A stretch of 64,000 bases of DNA from IMG/VR virus record IMGVR_UViG_3300002062_000002; one strand, given 5' to 3'. Position 1 is the stretch's first letter. Every line of letters begins with the position of its first letter. The notes below the pieces were generated by a model. It was not told the origin of the DNA. It did no database searches and saw nothing but the letters and a program-made list of their open reading frames with translations. The position numbers and the translations under genes were made by a program. Below are positions 56,265 through 64,000 of the stretch, in pieces. The DNA comes from a virus.

Positions 56265-57020
56265 TTACCAATCGTCTATTCGACCTAGTCGCTCAACCGA
56301 CGCCTCAAACCCTTGGTCCGCAATGACTTCTATAATATCTAAACCGGATTCCAAACCGACACCAGATGCTTCAATGTCATTAGCCGCGCTAGTGAATGCT
56401 GTTTCGCTAAGGGCTTCCTGATCAATGCTTTCTAATGCGGGGTTATTGTATTTTGTAGCAATTGAAATACCAGGCTCATTTACTTCATCCCATGTTACAA
56501 TGGTAGTGGCGTGTTTAAACCGTTGACTACCTACGGTGGTATCTTTAGTAAGACTACGTAAAGAGAAGGCCACATTCTCTTTTGGGTTTTCTAGTTTTGC
56601 CTTTAGTGCATCGCCATACTTACCACAGGGTCTAACCTTACCCATTATAGTGACAACAGGGCGACCAAACTTATCTTTAATTGCGCCGCTGTCATCCATC
56701 CATACTTCAGATATATGACACGATACCTTTGTTTCTTCAATGGTAAGTATTCTTTGAACAAAATCGTTTTGTGTCATACCCACTTCTTTCTTAGGGTGTC
56801 CGCACTCACCACGCAACTGCCCTTGGTTAATGCGTCGTAGTAGAGAACCCGAGCTTTCAAATAAGCGTTTGGCGCTTTTCCATGGGTAGATGGCACCGGT
56901 AGAATTGGGGAAGTCAAATGCCCCCAATACGACCGTATAATACCCGTGTTCATCCACTGCCAATTCGCCAGTCTTGTTTGTCCCCTGCAATGCCGTGCAG
57001 CTATAGTGTACCTTAGCCAT
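56265..57020 (-). CDS. Prohead protease (phiKZ gp175-like)
   Basis: GECGHP, SCHI, AFSLRS, TWDEVNEPGI. Confidence 0.92.
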   Translation of the reverse strand: MAKVHYSCTALQGTNKTGELAVDEHGYYTVVLGAFDFPNSTGAIYPWKSAKRLFESSGSLLRRINQGQLRGECGHPKKEVGMTQNDFVQRILTIEETKVSCHISEVWMDDSGAIKDKFGRPVVTIMGKVRPCGKYGDALKAKLENPKENVAFSLRSLTKDTTVGSQRFKHATTIVTWDEVNEPGISIATKYNNPALESIDQEALSETAFTSAANDIEASGVGLESGLDIIEVIADQGFEASVERLGRIDDW

Positions 57021-57058
57021 GATAATATCCTTGTTTATAAAGTTAGCGTATCATAGAA

Positions 57059-57820
57059 TTACCGTCTAAGATGCTCTTCAATGCCTTCCATGGTCTTTGT
57101 TTTTGTTACTAATGCAGAAGCTAGTCCATCACTAAAGTAATTACCCGATAACTTTGCGGTAGTGTTTGTTGCCCCCAACTCTATATTTCTAAGTGAGATA
57201 AAGGAGGCCTCTTTGACGTTTAGGTCAGCTGCACTTTTTAGCGTGTGCCGTAAGTACTTTGTTCTATCTTTAGGCTGCCTAGCTAACGCGGATGCGATAA
57301 CATCAAATACCACCGGGTCAACTTTTAGGTTTGCCCCTGCATGTTTAAGAGACGTGTCAAATAACTCCGCCACGTCCTGATAATCAAAAAACCAAGGGAT
57401 GTCACCGCGAGACAAAAAGTGATCCGATATATAGTACACTAGTAGTGCTTGTTTGACTAACTGCGATGCAGGCGATATCTGGGAACCCGCTTCAAAGAAT
57501 AACTCAAGGTGACTAACACCCTCAATCTCAACGGTACGTGTACTGGAGGGCGTTAGATCAATGCTGGCAGTGGCTTTCAATGTGGCGTATGTATTTCCAA
57601 CGACAACAGGGAATATTGCCACGCTGCGTATGCCATTCGTGAAACTAGCTAAGTTACGACTAGCATATTTTACGGGGATATAAATACGGGTTTCTTTCTT
57701 ACATGTTATCTTAAAGTTCTTGTCGATAACTAAGTTAGTTTTAATTGCCGTAGGGTCTCGTTTAAAATTAGTTATATCCAAAATAATCTCCAGAATAGAT
57801 GGAGGGAATACCCCCTCCAT
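57059..57820 (-). CDS. Virion protein (phiKZ gp176-like)
   Basis: G.IPWF.DY.D..LF, GATNTTAKL.GNYF.DG; synteny. Confidence 0.7.
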   Translation of the reverse strand: MEGVFPPSILEIILDITNFKRDPTAIKTNLVIDKNFKITCKKETRIYIPVKYASRNLASFTNGIRSVAIFPVVVGNTYATLKATASIDLTPSSTRTVEIEGVSHLELFFEAGSQISPASQLVKQALLVYYISDHFLSRGDIPWFFDYQDVAELFDTSLKHAGANLKVDPVVFDVIASALARQPKDRTKYLRHTLKSAADLNVKEASFISLRNIELGATNTTAKLSGNYFSDGLASALVTKTKTMEGIEEHLRR

Positions 57821-57830
57821 AGTTTGTTGT

Positions 57831-59207
57831 TTACGCCTTATCGACCACTAACTGTGCAACTAACCAATTACTAACTAAATCGATAGTAACTAATGTGGCG
57901 GCTTCGCGGGTGGTTAGATCCGGGTTTGCTTTCTTTAGCTCGCGCATGTTGTTTAATAGTTCATAGGCTGGAATTCGTGGAAACAGAATACTGCACGTTG
58001 CCTTTAATACCCAGTCTTCGATATCCATTGTGTCGGTAAATGGATTTTGTTCTAGCCACTTTCGGGTAACAGCACGGTCTAACGCAATAACGCCTTCGGG
58101 CAATCCATCTTTTTTAAGTTCGTTAACCTTAGAAACAAACGCTTCGGTAACGTTGCCCGCTTTATCGGCTTTTAATTTTGCAGTAATGGCCAGCTCATTT
58201 ATTTTAACCGCACCCATGCCGTTGTGTGCATCTTCAAGGTATTCATTGTAACGTAGAATAGGCAAACCCTTCAAGAACCCACCGATGATAGATTCGGGCG
58301 TACCGCCCTCGGCAATGTATTGATCGTACACTGGACCATTAACATGAATAACGTTATCATACTGGCTCAATGGCTTAGTTACCAGTACCTTCTGTCGAAT
58401 CTGCATATCCCGTACGCGATTAATGCCAAACAGTTGTCGTCCGGCTTCTGCCATGCAGCTAGTTAATGTAGCGCGGTACTGAACCAACTCTAAGTTTACG
58501 CCATCGGGAATATTGTTACTTAAATTAACCAATAATACATAGGTAAATAACTTACCGATATTTACGTCATAGGGTTCTTCCGTATTATACGGATTACCTT
58601 TACTTTTAAGTATGTGATCTTTAAATACACGATACGTCAAGCCGGGGGATTCGCTAGCGATTTTCTCTAACATCACATCTAAACGCTTTATGCCGGTTTT
58701 TAAACGCCCCTCAACGTCATTGGCGGTAAGATGTCCTAATATACCACCGCAGCCATTACTTGTACTCGCAGGTGTTTTTTCATACTTAGCCACCATATCC
58801 ATTAGCATCACATCATCAAAAATGGCATGTAGTCGATTTACCGTAATAGATGGCCTTAACGATCCTGCTTTATCTATCGTGCTGTGTTTCTGAACATGCG
58901 CCGCAATTTCCGTAAATGTGGGATTGACTACTTCGCGAGCCAACTTATGTTGTTTACGAATAGCCTCCACGGCGAGGTTGGTCATTTCAACCATGGCATC
59001 GCCGTGTTCAGTGTCACCCATGGGCGTTTCTTGTTTAGATGCACTCCCCACGCTATCTACGACATTATCATCCACAATACCACTAATAGGCATGGCGGAT
59101 ATTAATGCAGCCAGTGGAGTGGCCGGTAAAGCGGAAACAACCAGATTATTTTTTTCGGCTTCAATACTTAAAATATCGGCTTCGTTTAATACTTTTTGAG
59201 ATAACAT
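57831..59207 (-). CDS. Virion protein (phiKZ gp177-like)
   Basis: 458 aa; H...AR.VVNP, VNGPVYD.Y...GGTPE; synteny. Confidence 0.7.
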   Translation of the reverse strand: MLSQKVLNEADILSIEAEKNNLVVSALPATPLAALISAMPISGIVDDNVVDSVGSASKQETPMGDTEHGDAMVEMTNLAVEAIRKQHKLAREVVNPTFTEIAAHVQKHSTIDKAGSLRPSITVNRLHAIFDDVMLMDMVAKYEKTPASTSNGCGGILGHLTANDVEGRLKTGIKRLDVMLEKIASESPGLTYRVFKDHILKSKGNPYNTEEPYDVNIGKLFTYVLLVNLSNNIPDGVNLELVQYRATLTSCMAEAGRQLFGINRVRDMQIRQKVLVTKPLSQYDNVIHVNGPVYDQYIAEGGTPESIIGGFLKGLPILRYNEYLEDAHNGMGAVKINELAITAKLKADKAGNVTEAFVSKVNELKKDGLPEGVIALDRAVTRKWLEQNPFTDTMDIEDWVLKATCSILFPRIPAYELLNNMRELKKANPDLTTREAATLVTIDLVSNWLVAQLVVDKA

Positions 59208-59398
59208 TACTTTACTCCCTGTATATTTAGGTGGGTTGCTATCTTTGCTGTAAGTGTAGCACGGATGGTATCGTCTAGCGAACTTCCGGCTACTACATTA
59301 GAGATTTCGTTACCTGCAATGGATTGAATAATCCGAGTTCCCAACTCAACTGCATTTGCTGCGGTTGTTAAGGTTGTAGCTCTATTTTTATCTTTCAT
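59207..59398 (-). CDS. Small conserved protein
   Basis: 63 aa; stop overlaps the next start. Confidence 0.55.
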   Translation of the reverse strand: MKDKNRATTLTTAANAVELGTRIIQSIAGNEISNVVAGSSLDDTIRATLTAKIATHLNIQGVK

Positions 59399-59442
59399 AT
59401 AAATAAACGGGGTGGCATTCCCCGCTCCTTAAAGTAAATGTG

Positions 59443-62400
59443 TTATTTAGAGAAGTATTTATCCGCCACAGACTTAGATAAAACTTGGAGTAGCTTATTG
59501 GTTGTCCCCATAATATCAGGACTGTTTACGATACGGGCAGATATAGATTGCCTACCAAAATGGAGATCTATAGGTTCACCCGACTCGGTTTTATTTTCAC
59601 CCGTCATCACCCTACCTATAATGGTTTTAAGTTGGTTACCCAACACACCTTTATCCCCTACCCCGGCCGTAATAGACTTCGTAATATAGACTTTAATCAC
59701 TACTGTATCTAACACTACACGCCTACCGTCTATGTTGATGGGATCTACAATCCTTCCCGTCTTGGCTCCCTTTCTATTTAATTGACTATTGGTCGCTGCA
59801 CGCCCGCGATCCGCTTTCGCCACGATGGCCTTTAACGACTCGGATAAATCCTCCTTCTCTCCATTATAGATAACTTCAATTTTTTCAATTACACCGTTAT
59901 ACTTCGCCCGCGGGTTAATGTTGCCTAACGCGCGCAGTGATTCCAGATTATCATTTGGGGTACCCGCTGCCGCTACAGACACGGGATCGGCCAACGTACA
60001 TAAAATGGTTTCAAGTTCCATATAATCGCCCACCCGTACAAGATTTTTAACTTCCTGATCGAACGTAACAAAAATATTTCTGACTGCGGTAGTTTCGGTC
60101 GATAACTCCCCCGCCAACTTTTCCGATATGGCACACGAATCCTCAAGGGTATCCACGGATTCAATCAATGCCACATTCACTAGTGTCCCCCCTTTAAACC
60201 TGACCTTGCCGGGACGTAACGCGTCTCGGGTAAAGAATCCCCTATTCCAGGCAATGACGTCACCCTGCTTAAACTTTGCGTTCTTTGCTAAGTCCGTTTC
60301 TAGTCGATGGGGTACCCGGGTACCATTTACAGAACCGTATATCGTCCCCAATTCTACAAATTCAGAACTGCCGTCCTTTAATCGTATTTCCATATGGGAA
60401 TCGCTAATATCAATCACCACTCCGTCCTGAGGGGCGTTCACCGAAAACATTGGATCGGATCTACGGGCTAAGGTGTCATCATACCCCGTTATTAGTGGCA
60501 TTGGCGTGTAATTATCGCATGCAACCATATGGGAATTTTGAATAGAGATAAAGTTTGCACGTTTGGGGTCATCCATGGTAGCGGCCGGGGCAAGCATCGA
60601 TGAAGTAGAGATTAAATTTTCAGCCGACAATTCATTTGCAGCTTTTTTACCTAATGTTCCACGCATATCCTGCAAATTAGGATTGGCTGTAAGATAAGTA
60701 TTGATTCCTACTGACGAGGAATCTACCGTGGCCTCTGAAATAACCCCCACATCGTTTTTATGGTACAGTCTAGACTTTGCAGTCATTGCCCGCGCCGTTC
60801 TTCCACCGTCACCTGTATACGTTACCAACTCGCGTTCCTTTAAGTTGCCCAATGGATTTAACTGGTCAACCGGTTTGGTAGTAGCGTCCTTAATAATGGA
60901 TAGCCATACCGCTTTCGGGTTTACTTCCACCTTGGACTTTGCAGTCATGGGTGACGCCTGCTGTCGACGTACCGCAGCGACCAATTCCTTATAGATGAAT
61001 CCCGGCATACGCTCATAGCCTTTTAGCCGCATAAACTCGGGATCGGTTTCAGCGGGAGTACGGTCATCCTTCAACAATTCCACGGATTTAAACAGCAATC
61101 CACTAAACGTACGGGGTTCTTTTCTAGCTTCCAAGATGCCATCCGTAATGGGATCGATAAACATGGACTTTAATAGGTCTAATTCACGCAGGAAACGTGC
61201 CCCCACGCCACGCGATTCAAAAACAGGTAGATAGACATCCTTTTTATTAAAGTTTCGTCTAAGGTACGTTTTAACCGCATTACGATATTCGTAAAACCCA
61301 TGTAGTATAAGTACGGTTTCGGGATTGGATGTGTCGTATACTAACGTTTCATCTTTAAACGTAATACTGTCTTCATTGCCTTCTAATTCAAATCGCTGAC
61401 CCTTAGGGATAAACCTATGCTTAACGTTTAACTTTCTCAAGAGTGTATCTAAGCCATGGTAATATCCCAATATTACGCCCACTGGCATGTGGACATTGTA
61501 TAACTTTAGAGCAGCCATCATTTTAGGGATGCGGCCAAGTGAGGTGCCCAATAGTTCAGATAGGCCACCGATAACGTCATCGGTACCATCCTGCGTTCTA
61601 TAGTAGAACGTCCCCGCTACGTCTACGGTAATAAAGCGCTTACCATCAGAACCACAAACAACATGCCCTCGTTTTTCAAAGGTCTTCAACGTCTGCTTGT
61701 CGTATAGGGCTTCGCGTTCGGTATAATCAAATACCATGTCCCCAGACACACATTTAAATGTCAATACGCGTTTAGCTATGCCAGTATAAAGCAGTGGTAG
61801 TTTTAATGTTGGATTCTGCCATTCACCTTGACGTAGGTTAGTTACGATGTCGGAATTGTCATCTAGTCCCAATTCAATTATTTTATTGGTTGCCCAGTCA
61901 GCTTGATTATACACACTTCTATCCGAACGGGTAACGAATAGCTTACCGTAATAACTGGTTAACGATACCGAAGCAGGTTTTGTTTTCCGTATTGGCAAAT
62001 CTCCTCGCTGTTTGGCCATGTAATACGTAACGCCATTGGCAAAGAATTTACCCTGGGGATCAACCTTCGGTAACTTAACGTGTACCGTAGAAGGACTACC
62101 GCCCAATGGGGTAAATTGCATAGTGTAATGTGTGTAGTTATTGGCGGCATCTTCTACGTCAGTGGCTGTAAAGTTTGTTAGTGATACATTGGCGTTTTGT
62201 ACACTTAACGCCATAGCTGCAATGTCCTTTTCCATTACGGTAGCGACGTAGTTTTTATCCATAGATTCAATGATACCTTCCCCATCTGATGTGGTGGGGA
62301 TTATTAAATCCTTTTGGCTAACGCGGACTTGATCTGCAAGTGTAGCTTGTCCATTTGTAGCGGGTAACGATTTATATCTCGAAGCTTGCTTTATGGTGCG

Positions 62401-63372
62401 TTTGTATTCCGGTAAAGATAAACTACCCCCCGCCATTAATTCACGGGCAGATGCCTCAATGCCGGATTCACTCCCATTCACCGCAATGGGAGTATCAATG
62501 TCAATGTCATCATCGGACTCTTCCAGTTCAGGGGACAGCGTGGCCAACTCTTGTACTTGGGTAATAAATCGCAATAGCGTTTTATCAATTTCTCCATTGA
62601 CTTGCACTTCATCTTCTTTAAGTTTTGTGCGTTTCCATTCTTGTAATTTCCCTAAATTAAGTACGGTGAACTTACCGCCATTAATAAAGACCAGATTCAC
62701 TAAGTGAATCTTATCCCCCAATAATAGATCTAGGCTATGTGTTCCTTCTGTACAATACTCCCACAGGTAATATACATCAAACGCAGTATAATCTGCAAAC
62801 GGTTCAAGTGAGTCTAACGTGCGCTTCTTCTTTAGTGCAATGAGGTCGTCCATTAGTGGTATAACACGAGGTATGACAAATTCCACAAATTGGTATCGCA
62901 TTGTATCTTTTGCCATTTTTGCTAGCGTATTCCATGCCGTGGAATTTATATTAACCCAGGCATTCCAATCGGATAGGAGAGAACGTTGGTATCGATAACT
63001 ATACTTTAGTAGGGCATAGTTTACTACCACTAAGTTATTGTCGTCGCGTATACCCTGCTCAAATTTTCTAAGTTGTCGTAATTTTCTATTGCGTTTATGA
63101 AATCCCTTAATTCTAGACCGCACTTCTGTAGGGCGGTGTCGCGGTGACCCAATAGGACTGAGTAGTTCTTCCACGTGCCATACATGACTGGAATCTCGTT
63201 TATTAAATAATGGTGAATCTTGATCCGGCCCTTCCCCAGTAGCATCATGATCATTAACATGCAACAGACAAGCTTTGGGGATGGTCAATGTATTAATGGG
63301 GTAGAACTTTGGCGTTTTAAATTTAGTAAAATCTTTAACGCCATATTTGGTATAAAATTCAGGATAAAGCAT
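59443..63372 (-). CDS. Virion RNA polymerase beta subunit (phiKZ gp178-like)
   Basis: YTGDGGR, ISEATVDS, DDPKRANFISIQNSH, LEDSCAIS, GVGDKGVLGNQLK. Confidence 0.94.
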   Translation of the reverse strand: MLYPEFYTKYGVKDFTKFKTPKFYPINTLTIPKACLLHVNDHDATGEGPDQDSPLFNKRDSSHVWHVEELLSPIGSPRHRPTEVRSRIKGFHKRNRKLRQLRKFEQGIRDDNNLVVVNYALLKYSYRYQRSLLSDWNAWVNINSTAWNTLAKMAKDTMRYQFVEFVIPRVIPLMDDLIALKKKRTLDSLEPFADYTAFDVYYLWEYCTEGTHSLDLLLGDKIHLVNLVFINGGKFTVLNLGKLQEWKRTKLKEDEVQVNGEIDKTLLRFITQVQELATLSPELEESDDDIDIDTPIAVNGSESGIEASARELMAGGSLSLPEYKRTIKQASRYKSLPATNGQATLADQVRVSQKDLIIPTTSDGEGIIESMDKNYVATVMEKDIAAMALSVQNANVSLTNFTATDVEDAANNYTHYTMQFTPLGGSPSTVHVKLPKVDPQGKFFANGVTYYMAKQRGDLPIRKTKPASVSLTSYYGKLFVTRSDRSVYNQADWATNKIIELGLDDNSDIVTNLRQGEWQNPTLKLPLLYTGIAKRVLTFKCVSGDMVFDYTEREALYDKQTLKTFEKRGHVVCGSDGKRFITVDVAGTFYYRTQDGTDDVIGGLSELLGTSLGRIPKMMAALKLYNVHMPVGVILGYYHGLDTLLRKLNVKHRFIPKGQRFELEGNEDSITFKDETLVYDTSNPETVLILHGFYEYRNAVKTYLRRNFNKKDVYLPVFESRGVGARFLRELDLLKSMFIDPITDGILEARKEPRTFSGLLFKSVELLKDDRTPAETDPEFMRLKGYERMPGFIYKELVAAVRRQQASPMTAKSKVEVNPKAVWLSIIKDATTKPVDQLNPLGNLKERELVTYTGDGGRTARAMTAKSRLYHKNDVGVISEATVDSSSVGINTYLTANPNLQDMRGTLGKKAANELSAENLISTSSMLAPAATMDDPKRANFISIQNSHMVACDNYTPMPLITGYDDTLARRSDPMFSVNAPQDGVVIDISDSHMEIRLKDGSSEFVELGTIYGSVNGTRVPHRLETDLAKNAKFKQGDVIAWNRGFFTRDALRPGKVRFKGGTLVNVALIESVDTLEDSCAISEKLAGELSTETTAVRNIFVTFDQEVKNLVRVGDYMELETILCTLADPVSVAAAGTPNDNLESLRALGNINPRAKYNGVIEKIEVIYNGEKEDLSESLKAIVAKADRGRAATNSQLNRKGAKTGRIVDPINIDGRRVVLDTVVIKVYITKSITAGVGDKGVLGNQLKTIIGRVMTGENKTESGEPIDLHFGRQSISARIVNSPDIMGTTNKLLQVLSKSVADKYFSK

Positions 63373-63401
63373 AACGGTCTTCCATTACGATAAGTTTAAT
63401 A

Positions 63402-64000
63402 TTAAGTTGAAGGCGTTAAGGGGCGAGTTAATCCTCTCAGTAGCCAATCTATAGTGTCGGTGCCCGTCATCTGTAACCCCCCACGAGGATCAATGAAGCC
63501 TTGAATTGAATCGAAGAAGTTACTTACCTCCTCCATACCTTCATCTGAGGTAATGACGTTACAACTAACGGTATCCCCATCATGATCCGCCCCCAATCCC
63601 TGTAGTCGCGATGGCGATAGTCCAATGGTATCAAAGAACGGAATCCCGTTACGTGGAAACTCATAAGCCGTAGAGTCTTCTTTAGGGTTCCAGTCGTCAT
63701 CTAGTTCGGTTAGGATATCTGCCTCAACAGTCGTTTTAACGTATAGCGTGGTGGGGTACGTTGACCCCAATCCAGTAATGGGATACCGCGTGACAATACC
63801 AACCAGTGTATTCCACCGCGTATACCCCACTAAGTAAATTAACTCCGCATACGTGACTGGTGCACAGTGCATTTTTTTGTTGGCGTCTAGTGATTCATAT
63901 TCGCCCGGGTTAAGTAGTTTAAAGTGCACCCCATCATTATAGAGTAGTGCGAGAAAATGATCTTCGATGACGATGGGGTTATGTCGAATACTTTCGTTAC
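63402..64000 (-). CDS. Virion RNA polymerase beta' catalytic subunit (phiKZ gp180-like), C-terminal part
   Basis: TRYPITG, GADHDGD; frame open to the window edge (NESIRHNPIVIEDHFLALLYNDG precedes the tracked GTG). Confidence 0.92.
   Translation of the reverse strand, partial: NESIRHNPIVIEDHFLALLYNDGVHFKLLNPGEYESLDANKKMHCAPVTYAELIYLVGYTRWNTLVGIVTRYPITGLGSTYPTTLYVKTTVEADILTELDDDWNPKEDSTAYEFPRNGIPFFDTIGLSPSRLQGLGADHDGDTVSCNVITSDEGMEEVSNFFDSIQGFIDPRGGLQMTGTDTIDWLLRGLTRPLTPST

Noticed and set aside
1615-63260. Many 60-150 aa ORFs antisense to or overlapping the long genes
   Set aside because: They lie within well-supported genes and lack SDs and motifs.
63402-63929. Stand-alone 175-aa RNAP fragment with ADHDGD
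   Set aside because: The frame is open to the window edge, so it is only truncated; the three catalytic Asp residues are kept.
1-64000. CRISPR array, rRNA, IS or transposase, alternative genetic code
   Set aside because: No spaced repeats or matching motifs were seen, and core genes are full length under the standard code.

Overview
This window is from a nucleus-forming jumbo phage (phiKZ-like, Chimalliviridae). Most genes are on the minus strand. Left arm (1-22 kb): the nucleus/non-virion RNA polymerase block, with chimallin, four nvRNAP subunits, PicA/Imp1-like, ChmC-like, SbcD-like nuclease, the family-B DNA polymerase domain and an SF2 helicase carrying an Ala-starting intein. Middle (22-44 kb): an array of small acidic proteins, a densely base-paired ~300-nt candidate ncRNA beside phuZ, and an accessory island. 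The island holds a methyltransferase, KpsS-like and GT8-like glycosyltransferase folds, KdsD, a TIGR03032 protein, a lipoprotein, a secreted endonuclease I, a macrodomain coupled to a DNA-ligase homolog lacking its catalytic Lys, and dCMP deaminase/DHFR/ThyA. Right arm (44-64 kb): terminase, tail sheath and tube, prohead protease and two virion RNAP subunits. Cis elements: an early-promoter motif (GACACATATATTATCTAAGTG), a perfect 50-bp repeat before two nvRNAP genes, and gene-end hairpins followed by TATGYCG instead of poly-U. All assignments come from reading motifs and from remembered phiKZ synteny; no searches or folding were run, and phiKZ gp numbers are from memory. Several ORFs end at homopolymer runs, so some indels may be assembly errors. 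No tRNA, rRNA or CRISPR array was seen.
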